The notes beneath the pieces were generated by a model. The model was not told the origin of the DNA. It did no database searches and worked only from the letters and a program-made list of their open reading frames with translations. A stretch of DNA of 64,000 nucleotides from Gemmatimonadales bacterium (lineage in GTDB: Bacteria > Gemmatimonadota > Gemmatimonadetes > Gemmatimonadales > GWC2-71-9), in assembly GCA_041577295.1 (NCBI GenBank), contig JBFGJG010000006.1:1-64000 (forward strand), in the 5' to 3' direction. Shown here piece after piece: positions 39,103 through 48,847 of the stretch (within the stretch, counting starts at the first letter, position 1; the number at the start of each line of letters is the position of its first letter). Made by a program: the position numbers and the translations under genes.

Positions 39103-39350
39103 ATGTCCCCGTCAAGGTGACTGTCAGAACGGACGAGCAGGGACTACCCACCGTCGTGGCGGAAGATGGTGCGGTTGGAGAAGATGATGGTAGAGCTATT
39201 GAGGAAATCCTGGAGATCTGGCGTGTGGATGACGAGTGGTGGCGGCAGCCTATTGCAAGACGCTATGTCGACGTGGTGTTGGTGGGCGGTGGGCATGTCA
39301 TCCTGTTCGAGGACCTGATCACGCACGAATGGTTCATGCAGAGGCCCTAG
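39051..39350 (+). CDS. small protein resembling the ImuB C-terminal domain
   Basis: WRVDDEWW..RRY..LFED..WF pattern; its stop abuts the dnaE2 start. Confidence 0.7.
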   Translation: MVATSRASLRVDRLRALNVPVKVTVRTDEQGLPTVVAEDGAVGEDDGRAIEEILEIWRVDDEWWRQPIARRYVDVVLVGGGHVILFEDLITHEWFMQRP

Positions 39351-42300
39351 TTGTACGTCGAGCTCCACTGTCATTCCGCGTTCTCTTTTCTCGACGGCGC
39401 CTCACTCCCAGAGCAACTCGTGTTTCAAGCTCAAGAGCTGGGCTACTCCGCTCTCGCGCTCACGGATCACAACGGGCTCTACGGATCGATGGTCTTTGCC
39501 CAGGCGGCAAAGCACATGGGGATACAGGCGATCACTGGTGCTGAAGTCACGTTGCTCGATGGTACACACCTCACGCTCCTCGTCGAGACCGCGCAAGGAT
39601 ACGCCAACCTGTGCCGGCTCCTCACTGAAACACACCTCGGGCGCGAGGATCGACGAGATCCACGGCTCGATTTTGCCTCGTTGGAGGCGCGTCATGAGGG
39701 CCTAATCATTCTCTCGGGATGTCGTGGAGGAATGCTACCTCGAGTCTTACAACAGGAGGGTCATCGAGCCGCGTGTCATCTCGCTGAGCGGTGTCGCGAT
39801 GTTTTTGGTCCCGAGCGGTTCTTTATCGAGCTGCAACGGAACGCAGTGCACGGTGATCGAGCCTTGACCCGTGCGCTTGGCGAGATTGCAGATTCCATTG
39901 GGCTCGCAGTTGTGGCGTCGGGCGATGTTCATTATCACCGGCGTGAGCGCCATCGATTGCACGACGCTCTCGTTGCCATCCGGCATCGGACAACCTTGGA
40001 TGCATCGCATGATGTGCGACATCCCAACAGTGAGTTCTTTCTCAAACGACCTGAGGAGCAAGTCGAGAACTTTTGCGATCGCCACGATGCGATCGCCAAT
40101 ACGTTGGTCATCGCCGAACGCTGTGCGGCGTTCGATCTGACCAAAGATCTTGGCTACACCTTTCCTGATTTCCGCAATGCAAATGGTCGCTCGCCGCCCC
40201 GTGCGCTGAGCGAGCTGTGCCAGGTAAAGCTGGACGAATACTACCATCCAGATCATCCCCAACGCACCGAAGCCGAGAGTCGGCTGGCCGAAGAGCTCCG
40301 GCTGATCGCGCGGCACGGCCTCTGTGGATTCTTTCTCGTTTATCACGACCTCTACGACCTCGCTCGGGAAGTCGCGGCCGATGTTCGCCGGGGAACACGA
40401 CGCGCGCTCGCCAACATGCTGCCAGGACGTGGTCGTGGGTCGTCCGTATCGTCCATCGTCTGTTATCTGCTGGGGTTGTCGCATATCGACCCAATTGAAA
40501 ACCGCTTGTTCCTGGGCCGCTTCTTGAATGAGACGTTGGCATCTGTACCAGATATCGATCTGGATTTTTCCCGCGAGATACGAGAAGAGCTCATTCGGCG
40601 TGTCTATCAACGATACGGAGACGAGCACGTGGGACTCGTCTGCACTTTTCCCACCTATCGTCTGCGCTCGGCTGTACGGGAGTTGGGGAAAGCGCTCGAT
40701 CTCCCCGCTGGTGAAATCGAGCAGGTCGCTCGGTTAGCCAGTCACTACTCCACCAATGGATTGCGGGAAGAGCTGACACAGCTTCCGGGATTCGCCGAGC
40801 GGGTCAACGCACCACTCTGGCGCGATCTCTGTGATCTCGCCGAAGAAATTGCCGGCCTGCCACGCCACATCTCCCAACACGTCGGTGGCATGATCATCTC
40901 GAGCCGGCCCCTCGTCGAGATCGTTCCCTTGGAGCGCTCCGCCATGCCGGACCGCGTCCTTTGTCAGTGGGATAAGGATTCGTGTGACGACGCGCGGTTC
41001 ATCAAGATCGATTTCCTTGCCCTGGGGATGCTTTCGCTGGTGGAAGAGTGCGTCGAGCAGATCGCGCGCAAGGAAGGTACCCCACCCAACCTGAGCCGTA
41101 TCGACTTCGAGGACGAGGTTGTCTACGACCAGATCTGCGCGGGTGACACGGTCGGTCTCTTTCAGATCGAGAGTCGTGCCCAAATCCAGATGATCCGTCG
41201 CACCCGCCCACGTAATCTCGCAGATCTCGCCGTGGAGGTCGCCATCGTACGTCCCGGTCCCATCGTCGGTGGTGCCGTCAACCCCTATGTCAGACGACGG
41301 GAGGAACAGCGCCGGGCTGGCGAACGCGGCCAGTCGTATGACCCACCAGTCGATCATCCGCTCCTCAAGGAAGCGCTCGCAGAGACCCTCGGTGTAATCA
41401 TCTATCAAGATCAAGTGCTCCAAGTCTGCCAAGCACTTGCCGGGTTCACTGCCGGACAGGCGGAGGCGCTCCGGCGAGCGATGAGCCGACGGCGGTCGCG
41501 TGAGCTGATGGAGAATTTCTGGGATGATTTCCGAAACGGCTCGAGAGCCCGCGGTGTCTCCGAGGCAACGGCACGTCGGGTGTTCGAGCAAGTAGTGGCC
41601 TTTTCGGAATTCGGCTTCCCTAAGTCACATGCTGCGGCGTTTGGGTTACTGGCGTACCAGTCCGCGTGGCTCCGGCACTATTACACGGTCGAGTACTACT
41701 GCGCACTCTTCAACAATCAGCCGATGGGATTCTACTCCCTCGATGCGCTGTGTCGCGATGCCGTTCGGCACGGCCTTGAGATCCTGCTGCCCGACATCAA
41801 TACGAGTGATGTCTACTGCACCATTGAGGGACAGTCCGTGCGTATTGGTCTGGGTTTCATTCGGGACTGGGGACTCGACATCACCGAGGAAGTGGTGGTG
41901 GAACGAGAACGCCATGGTCCATTTCGAGGACTAGGCGACTTTATCCGTCGCGCGCCCCCGACGTTATCGCGAGACGCGATCGACAACATGGTGTGGGTGG
42001 GTGCGTGTGACAACTTTGGACTCACACGTCGTGAGCTTTTGTGGCAAGCAGGACTCTGGTTGCCGCCGAAAACCGAACACCCAAAACACGGCCGGGTACG
42101 GCGCCAGCTGGAACTGCCACTCAACCACCCGCACGAACAACTACCCTTTGGCAACGTTGCAGAGGATGAGCGGCTGTTGGCGGAGTATCAGGTGCTCGGA
42201 TTCGCTGCCAGCGGACACCCGTTGTCACTGGTTCGTGATGCCATGCCACCACACGTCGTGCGCAGCGACCAGTTCGACGAGATCCCACACGAAGCATCGG

Positions 42301-42662
42301 TGGAGGTAGCAGGGATCGTCGTAGCCCGTCAACGACCGCAGACGGCGCGTGGCTTTACGTTCATTCTCCTGGAGGATGAGTTCGGTATGATGAACGCCAT
42401 CGTCCGTCCCAAGATTTACGAGCGCGATCGTGTTGTCATTCGGGGCGAGCCGTTCCTCTGGGTCATTGGCAAGCTTGCACGGGATGATGGCACGGTGAAC
42501 ATCATCGCAGAGGAGGTTCGGGCGCTCAAGCTCCGGTCAATCGGCGAATCCGCCTCTATGAAAACAGCGTTCAACCGTTGGAAGGAAATGGAGAACAAGT
42601 CTCCGTATGCGTTTCTCAAGCGCCTCCGCGGCAACGCACCCGGCTCGAAAGATTGGGGCTAG
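39351..42662 (+). CDS. dnaE2: error-prone DNA polymerase DnaE2
   Basis: YVELHCHSAFSFLDGAS, PDIDLDF, KIDFLALG, NQPMGFY, RQRPQTA; C-terminal SKDWG (SRDF-like). Confidence 0.95.
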   Translation: MYVELHCHSAFSFLDGASLPEQLVFQAQELGYSALALTDHNGLYGSMVFAQAAKHMGIQAITGAEVTLLDGTHLTLLVETAQGYANLCRLLTETHLGREDRRDPRLDFASLEARHEGLIILSGCRGGMLPRVLQQEGHRAACHLAERCRDVFGPERFFIELQRNAVHGDRALTRALGEIADSIGLAVVASGDVHYHRRERHRLHDALVAIRHRTTLDASHDVRHPNSEFFLKRPEEQVENFCDRHDAIANTLVIAERCAAFDLTKDLGYTFPDFRNANGRSPPRALSELCQVKLDEYYHPDHPQRTEAESRLAEELRLIARHGLCGFFLVYHDLYDLAREVAADVRRGTRRALANMLPGRGRGSSVSSIVCYLLGLSHIDPIENRLFLGRFLNETLASVPDIDLDFSREIREELIRRVYQRYGDEHVGLVCTFPTYRLRSAVRELGKALDLPAGEIEQVARLASHYSTNGLREELTQLPGFAERVNAPLWRDLCDLAEEIAGLPRHISQHVGGMIISSRPLVEIVPLERSAMPDRVLCQWDKDSCDDARFIKIDFLALGMLSLVEECVEQIARKEGTPPNLSRIDFEDEVVYDQICAGDTVGLFQIESRAQIQMIRRTRPRNLADLAVEVAIVRPGPIVGGAVNPYVRRREEQRRAGERGQSYDPPVDHPLLKEALAETLGVIIYQDQVLQVCQALAGFTAGQAEALRRAMSRRRSRELMENFWDDFRNGSRARGVSEATARRVFEQVVAFSEFGFPKSHAAAFGLLAYQSAWLRHYYTVEYYCALFNNQPMGFYSLDALCRDAVRHGLEILLPDINTSDVYCTIEGQSVRIGLGFIRDWGLDITEEVVVERERHGPFRGLGDFIRRAPPTLSRDAIDNMVWVGACDNFGLTRRELLWQAGLWLPPKTEHPKHGRVRRQLELPLNHPHEQLPFGNVAEDERLLAEYQVLGFAASGHPLSLVRDAMPPHVVRSDQFDEIPHEASVEVAGIVVARQRPQTARGFTFILLEDEFGMMNAIVRPKIYERDRVVIRGEPFLWVIGKLARDDGTVNIIAEEVRALKLRSIGESASMKTAFNRWKEMENKSPYAFLKRLRGNAPGSKDWG

Positions 42663-43777
42663 CGATAGGTCTTCTTCCAGAACGCGATTCCGCCAGCCTG
42701 TTTCCCCACGTCAACGGAGGCAACCTTCCGCAGCTGCTCAAGATCGATCACATCAACCGCACCTGCCTCACCCCGAACTCCTTCGACACTGATGAACGCG
42801 TACCTTCCATCTGGCTCGATGCTCACGCCGTGCGTGACCCTCCGGCTGCTCGGAATCGCTGCCACGCGTTTACCGCTCAATAGATCGACGATGCTGACCT
42901 CCGCGCTTCCTTTTTGTGTCACGACCAGCCTGCGCCCATCAGGTGTAACCTCGGCGTTATACGGAGCGGTCGGAGATGTAAACCGTCGAACAACGACCCA
43001 GCGGTCGACATCGATCTCCAGCACGACGTCACCCCGGTTGCAGGGAACATAGAGGCGGCGTCCATCGGGGCTCGGTGTCACCCAGGTCGGTGTACAAGGG
43101 TGATCTGCGTTCCGCGTTGGAGGACCCTGCATCGTGCGATCCGACCTCGCGGTGAGGTCGAGGCGTCGTACGACAACGAGAGCGTAGGCATCCAGCTCGA
43201 CGAGTTGGTCGTCGATCATGCATACCGAGTAATGCTTCGACTGATCAGGGCTGAAGCGAGATCCGTGCGGCATGACGCACGTTCGAACACGCGCAAGCTC
43301 CACCATCGTCGGGACGTCAACGACTGACACGGCACTGGGCACGCGGTCGCCGTGAAAGTTGGCGTTGACTACGAAGGCGAGCTGGGCCTGACTCACGGCA
43401 ACCGTTGCGGGGAACATCCCGAGCTCCACCCGGCCGACGAGCGTATCGGCTCCCGTGCGAAACTTGAGCAGCGTCCCGAACACTGGAACACCGTGGCCCA
43501 GCGTCACAAACCAATGGTTCCCATCGTCCGGGATGGCGAGCCCGTGGGGACCTTCCGTCTCGAGTGGCCAGAAGCCCACCGGTATGACTTTCTCGACCTG
43601 TATCCCCGACACGGGAGTGAATGCGATGACCGAAACCTCGTCCGCCGATTCCGACGCGACGTATACCCAGTAAGTCGGAGTTTGCGCTTTCGCCTCCTCG
43701 CTCGAGAGTGAGAGCTCCGAAGCGGTGGCCAGGACGAGCGCGACCCGCATCCAGACCGCTGGGCTGCGTGCTGACAT
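42659..43777 (-). CDS. YncE/YVTN beta-propeller secreted protein
   Basis: Signal peptide, repeated PHG / .PDG.R blades; TGATG overlap with upstream gene. Confidence 0.8.
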   Translation of the reverse strand: MSARSPAVWMRVALVLATASELSLSSEEAKAQTPTYWVYVASESADEVSVIAFTPVSGIQVEKVIPVGFWPLETEGPHGLAIPDDGNHWFVTLGHGVPVFGTLLKFRTGADTLVGRVELGMFPATVAVSQAQLAFVVNANFHGDRVPSAVSVVDVPTMVELARVRTCVMPHGSRFSPDQSKHYSVCMIDDQLVELDAYALVVVRRLDLTARSDRTMQGPPTRNADHPCTPTWVTPSPDGRRLYVPCNRGDVVLEIDVDRWVVVRRFTSPTAPYNAEVTPDGRRLVVTQKGSAEVSIVDLLSGKRVAAIPSSRRVTHGVSIEPDGRYAFISVEGVRGEAGAVDVIDLEQLRKVASVDVGKQAGGIAFWKKTYR

Positions 43778-45774
43778 CAAGGGGTCAAGATCTCCGTTTC
43801 GCGGACCTTTACTGCCCACAGACCAGAGTAGTGTTCTGCAATGAAGAGATGACCTTTGAAGGGTTGGGGGCCCCAGCTCATTGGCGCGTTCGGAACGAAG
43901 CCGGTTGGATCGTACGCCTTGAACCTGGCAATCTCCCGACCTTGATACGTCAGATTCCCTTTGAGCTCTCCGGAGATGTCGACCACCCGCACACCACCGT
44001 TGTAAAACGCAGCATAGAGCGTGTCACCAGTGACCCAAATGTTGTGCGAGCCGGCTTCCGGGACTTCATACCTGGCTACTTCCTCGGGGTGTAAGGGATC
44101 GCTGAAATCAACAAAGTGGAGGTAGCCAGACATCGCATCGGGTGTCCCGCCCTGCTCTCCCTCACGACCCATTGGTCCATCGGCGTCGCGCCCTGCCTCA
44201 TCGCCCATGATGACGTAAAACTTCCCCGATGAGCTGCGGAACGGGAGCGCCGCATGCGTCGCTCCGCCGACGTCCCGATACTGAGCGACCCTCACAGGAT
44301 TGGATGGGCTGCCGCCGGCAATCCCGTTCCCAACGTCGACGAGCACCACACCATCGCTCCAGTTGGACGTGTAGGCGATCCCGTCTACCACCCATACATC
44401 GTGGATCGCGTGGCCAGGGGTATCCAACTCGAACATGCCAACCCGACGCGGGTTTCGCGGGTCGGCAATGTTGATGACGTCGAATCGGCGCCCGTTGTTG
44501 ACTGCGTACACATGATTCTGATAGACAAAGACGTTGTGTACGCCGCCAGTGAGCCCGTCATCGAACGTAGAGAGAACCGTCACATCGCGGGGATTTGCGC
44601 AATCGAGGAGCACGATACCGTTGCGGCGGTTGGACGCGCCCTCCCTGGTTATCACACACACCCGCCCGTCTTCGGACACCTTCACGTCGTTCACGGTTCG
44701 CGCATCGACAACGACGCTATCGACCATCACAGGGTTGGAGGGATCCGAGACATCCCAGAAGTACGCTGCGCCGGCGGCATTCCACGTACCGGTGACTGCG
44801 TAATCTCGCCCATCGACACCCTCCCAGACCCAAAGATCTGACGTTCGAACGTCCCGCACTGCACCCTGGCCCACCACATCGATCTTGCTGCTCACATGGC
44901 GTGGTGTCACTAAGATGCTGTGATGAGCCACCTGGCCCGCCGACATCGCGATGACCGTGTGGAGGCCCGCCTTGTATGCGACGAACCGGCCCCGCTGATC
45001 GACCTCGGCCGCTGGGAACTGCGCCACTACCGAATCTTCCGGCATGGAAACGACGCTCAGGAGGATCGGCGCCTCCGGAACCTCACGGCCCTGATCGTCG
45101 AGCGCTCGTGCAGTAAAGTGGATGAGGTCGCCGGTCGTGGCGCTCGAAGCCGACGCCGTAAGCGCCACCTGCCGCACTGGACTCGGCACGACCCGATATA
45201 TGTGTTGTGCGAGAACTCCATCCGCTTCGGCGCGGATCGTGGCCACACCGGAGCGGAGCCCAGTTACTACACCGAATTCATCTACCGTCGCCACTGCTGG
45301 GTCCGAGCTCGACCAGACGATCGTGATATCCCGCCGAACGGTGCCGGAAAGATCGGTGACGATCGCCTCGTGACGTTGGCTTCCCCCAACAAAGAACTGG
45401 TTCGAGGTCGGGGTGATCTGAACCCGCGCCACCGGCGGGAATGGGACGGTGATCGGGACTTCGCCCCGAGCCGCTCCGGAAGGTGTCCGCGCGAAGACGA
45501 ACACCGTATGTTGTCCTCCGCGAAGCGCATGCACCTTTCCGTCTCGATCCACGGCCAAGTGACGTCCGCGGGAAAAGAAAAAAACCTGTGCCTCGGGAAT
45601 CGCTTCGTCGGCTGTGTCGTACACGACTGCGGCAAGCGTAACCGTGTCCCCTACGTTCAGCACGAGTGCGGCGGGTTCGACCTCGATCCTGGCTGGGACC
45701 CCTTGCTGGCCGTGCAAAACCGGTGGAACTGCGAGCGGGGCGAGGACCACCACTCGTGCGACGAGACTCTTCAT
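43777..45774 (-). CDS. Ig-like (Big_2) + LVIVD-repeat secreted protein
   Basis: WSSSDPAVATVD..G.V Ig domain; repeated D.S.P..P / VHN / GVRVVDIS blades. Confidence 0.82.
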   Translation of the reverse strand: MKSLVARVVVLAPLAVPPVLHGQQGVPARIEVEPAALVLNVGDTVTLAAVVYDTADEAIPEAQVFFFSRGRHLAVDRDGKVHALRGGQHTVFVFARTPSGAARGEVPITVPFPPVARVQITPTSNQFFVGGSQRHEAIVTDLSGTVRRDITIVWSSSDPAVATVDEFGVVTGLRSGVATIRAEADGVLAQHIYRVVPSPVRQVALTASASSATTGDLIHFTARALDDQGREVPEAPILLSVVSMPEDSVVAQFPAAEVDQRGRFVAYKAGLHTVIAMSAGQVAHHSILVTPRHVSSKIDVVGQGAVRDVRTSDLWVWEGVDGRDYAVTGTWNAAGAAYFWDVSDPSNPVMVDSVVVDARTVNDVKVSEDGRVCVITREGASNRRNGIVLLDCANPRDVTVLSTFDDGLTGGVHNVFVYQNHVYAVNNGRRFDVINIADPRNPRRVGMFELDTPGHAIHDVWVVDGIAYTSNWSDGVVLVDVGNGIAGGSPSNPVRVAQYRDVGGATHAALPFRSSSGKFYVIMGDEAGRDADGPMGREGEQGGTPDAMSGYLHFVDFSDPLHPEEVARYEVPEAGSHNIWVTGDTLYAAFYNGGVRVVDISGELKGNLTYQGREIARFKAYDPTGFVPNAPMSWGPQPFKGHLFIAEHYSGLWAVKVRETEILTP

Positions 45775-45952
45775 TGTCATTCCCTCAGCTGCGGAAGCGG
45801 GCGGCGGCAGATCCGGGCTTGACAAGCTAGCGCGGTGCAGTCACTCGTGGCCAGCCCATTCAGTAGGTGGCGGTCTGTTGGGAGTATCGGCTATTCTAAT
45901 GGCGCAGTCTAGCCGATGCTCACGATCGTTCTTTTCTCAAGGTTTGGTCTCA

Positions 45953-48778
45953 ATGTCACGTTTCTACCGATCGTCACGCTTGCAAGTCTTGTCGTACATG
46001 CTCATCGCCGTCGTGCTCCTGGTGCGACCGGGGGCCGCGCAGCAGACGACCAGCTCACAACTCACCTCACCCAAGCAGGCCTTGGGCTTTGGCATCGGTG
46101 ACGATTACCACCTCGCAACGTACACCCAGCTCCAGGCGTATTGGAGGACGCTGGCCGGCGAATCGCCTCGAATGGACCTCGAGGAGATAGGCGTCACCGC
46201 GGAGGGACGCCCCCAGCTGATGGCGGTGATCACCTCGCCCGAGAATCATCAGCAGCTTGGCCGATATCAGGAGATTGCTCGGCGCCTCGCCTTGGCGGAG
46301 GACCTGACAGACGAGCAGGCACGAATGCTCGCCACCGAAGGGCGTGCCGTCGTGTGGATTGATGGCGGTCTTCACGCGACCGAGGTGCTCGGGGCGCATC
46401 AGCTCATGGAGCTCGTGTATCAGATGGTTTCACGTGACGATGCCGAGGTCCGCAGGATTCTCGATGACGTCATCATCCTGGCGGTGCATGCCAATCCGGA
46501 CGGAATGGAACTGGTCACGAACTGGTATATGCGAGAGAGCGAGCTCGAGAAGCGGAGCACTCGTGGGATTCCAAAGCTCTATCAGAAGTACATCGGTCAT
46601 GACAACAATCGCGACTTCTACATGGTCACCCAACCAGAAACCGAGAACATGGCGCGGATCATGTTTCGCGAATGGTTCCCTCAAATCATTTACAATCACC
46701 ATCAGTCTGGGCCAGCTGGCACGGTGATGTTTGCGCCGCCGTTTCGTGATCCGTTCAACTACAACTTCGATCCACTGGTGTGGGCTGGTACGGATATGGT
46801 GGGCGCGGCGATGCATCACCGTTTCATCGCCGAGGGTAAGCCCGGCACAACCATGCGCAGCGGGGCCGGGTATTCGACCTGGTGGAATGGCGGACTTCGA
46901 GCGACAGCGTATTTCCACAATCAGATCGCACTGCTGACGGAAACCATCGGCAACCCAACACCCATGGATATCCCGTTCCTACCTGAGAAGCAGCTGCCGA
47001 GCGGCGACCTTCCCTACCCCATTGAGCCCGGCCGTTGGCATTTCCGACAGTCCATCGACTACTCGATGACAGCCAACCTCGCCGTCCTCGACTATGCATC
47101 TCGGTATCGCGAGACGTTGCTCTACAATATCTATCGGATGGGGAAGAACTCGATTGATCGTGGCAATCGGGATCACTGGACGGTTCAACCGACTCGCATC
47201 GAGCACGTGGAAAACGCCGCGGAGGAGGGCCGGCAGGAAGACCCTGATACTCCCGCCTTCCTGCGGCGCTGGCGGGGTATCCCGATGGAGCACTTTTCGC
47301 TGCTGCGTCGACCCGAGGACCGTGATCCACGAGGCTATATCATTCCGCAGTCTCAGCCGGACTTTGCTACAGCAACCAAGTTCGTCAATACGCTCATTAA
47401 AACCGGGGTCGCTATTCACCGGGCGACACGTGACTTCGAGATCGGTGGAAAGCGCTACGCGACAGGCTCGTTTGTTGTGAAGACCGCGCAGGCGTTTCGT
47501 CCGCACGTCATCGACATGTTCGAGCCACAGGATCATCCAAACGATTTCGAGTACGAGGGTGGTCCGCCCATCGCGCCATACGACAATGCCGGGTGGACGC
47601 TGGCCTACTTAATGGGTGTCGAGTTCGATCGCATCCTCGAAAGCTTCGATGGACCGTTCGAGCGAATCGATGGGTTCGCCCCGGTGCCCACTGCTAGCCT
47701 GACACAAGCGAATCAGGCAGTCGGTTTCCTGTTGAATCACGCGGTGAACGATGCCGTGGTCGCTACCAATCGGTTGCTCAAGGGGAATCACGAGGTGTAC
47801 TGGCTCACGCAACCGTGGACTGCGAACGGCAAGACCTATCCCGAGGGTACGATCTACGTACCGGCGAGTGCCCCGGCAACGGCTATCCTTCGACAGACCG
47901 CTGCGGAACACGGAGTGGCGGCCGAGGGGGTATCGCGATCACCTACGGTGGAGGCATTGAGAATCCGGCCGATACGGATCGGTTTGTGGGATCGGTACGG
48001 CGGCTCGATGCCATCGGGGTGGACCCGGTGGTTATTCGAGCAGTTCGAGTTTCCGTTCGAGGTGGTCTATCCTCCAACGCTGGATGAGGGAAACCTCCGC
48101 GCGAACTTCGACGTGCTGGTCTTCCCAACCGGAGCAATCTCGCTGACTGACCGGGAGGACGTCTTCACCCGATTCTTCGGACTGGAAGACCCGGAGCGCA
48201 TTCCGGCCGAGTTCCGCAACCGGCTCGGACGCGTGACCGCTGGGAAAACGGTTCCGCAGCTACGACGGTTCGTGGAAGACGGCGGGAGCATCATCGCGAT
48301 CGGAAGCTCACTCAGCATTGCCCGTCACCTCGATCTTCCGCTGACCAATCACCTCGTTGAGGATGGGTTCGAGCCATTGGATCGGGACTCGTATTACATC
48401 CCCGGATCCGTCCTCCAGGTCCGTGTCGACAACAAGCATCCGCTAGCATATGGACTCCCCGAACGCGTCGATGTGTTCTTCGACAACAGCCCAGTGCTTC
48501 GGATGGGACCTGACGCGGCGATGAAGGGAGTACAGGCTGTGGCGTGGTTCGACAGCCCCAGCCCGTTGCGCAGCGGGTGGGCGTGGGGCCAACACTATCT
48601 CGACGGTGGCACTGCGATTGCCGAGGCCAGGTACGGCAATGGCAAGCTCGTCTTGTTTGGACCAGAAGTGCTTCAGCGAGGCCAGCCTCACGGAACGTTC
48701 AAATTCTTCTTCAACGCAGTGTATCTCGCCGCTGCGTCTCCGATGCAACGCGCGGCCGCAATGAGCGACTCGAACTAG
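45953..48778 (+). CDS. M14 family zinc carboxypeptidase, secreted
   Basis: GLHATE, NPDG, HDNNRD, NHH; signal peptide; C-terminal GATase-like domain. Confidence 0.88.
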   Translation: MSRFYRSSRLQVLSYMLIAVVLLVRPGAAQQTTSSQLTSPKQALGFGIGDDYHLATYTQLQAYWRTLAGESPRMDLEEIGVTAEGRPQLMAVITSPENHQQLGRYQEIARRLALAEDLTDEQARMLATEGRAVVWIDGGLHATEVLGAHQLMELVYQMVSRDDAEVRRILDDVIILAVHANPDGMELVTNWYMRESELEKRSTRGIPKLYQKYIGHDNNRDFYMVTQPETENMARIMFREWFPQIIYNHHQSGPAGTVMFAPPFRDPFNYNFDPLVWAGTDMVGAAMHHRFIAEGKPGTTMRSGAGYSTWWNGGLRATAYFHNQIALLTETIGNPTPMDIPFLPEKQLPSGDLPYPIEPGRWHFRQSIDYSMTANLAVLDYASRYRETLLYNIYRMGKNSIDRGNRDHWTVQPTRIEHVENAAEEGRQEDPDTPAFLRRWRGIPMEHFSLLRRPEDRDPRGYIIPQSQPDFATATKFVNTLIKTGVAIHRATRDFEIGGKRYATGSFVVKTAQAFRPHVIDMFEPQDHPNDFEYEGGPPIAPYDNAGWTLAYLMGVEFDRILESFDGPFERIDGFAPVPTASLTQANQAVGFLLNHAVNDAVVATNRLLKGNHEVYWLTQPWTANGKTYPEGTIYVPASAPATAILRQTAAEHGVAAEGVSRSPTVEALRIRPIRIGLWDRYGGSMPSGWTRWLFEQFEFPFEVVYPPTLDEGNLRANFDVLVFPTGAISLTDREDVFTRFFGLEDPERIPAEFRNRLGRVTAGKTVPQLRRFVEDGGSIIAIGSSLSIARHLDLPLTNHLVEDGFEPLDRDSYYIPGSVLQVRVDNKHPLAYGLPERVDVFFDNSPVLRMGPDAAMKGVQAVAWFDSPSPLRSGWAWGQHYLDGGTAIAEARYGNGKLVLFGPEVLQRGQPHGTFKFFFNAVYLAAASPMQRAAAMSDSN

Positions 48779-48796
48779 CCGTCGGCTCCCCGACTC

Positions 48797-48832
48797 CCTG
48801 TTCCCCTCAGACTCCCACGGGGGGACAGGGAG
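48797..48832. repeat. intergenic inverted repeat CTCCCTGTTCCCC...GGGGACAGGGAG
   Basis: Stem-loop between the peptidase and the TRAP permease; no U-tract. Confidence 0.4.
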
Positions 48833-48847
48833 CGAGGAAACCTCATC

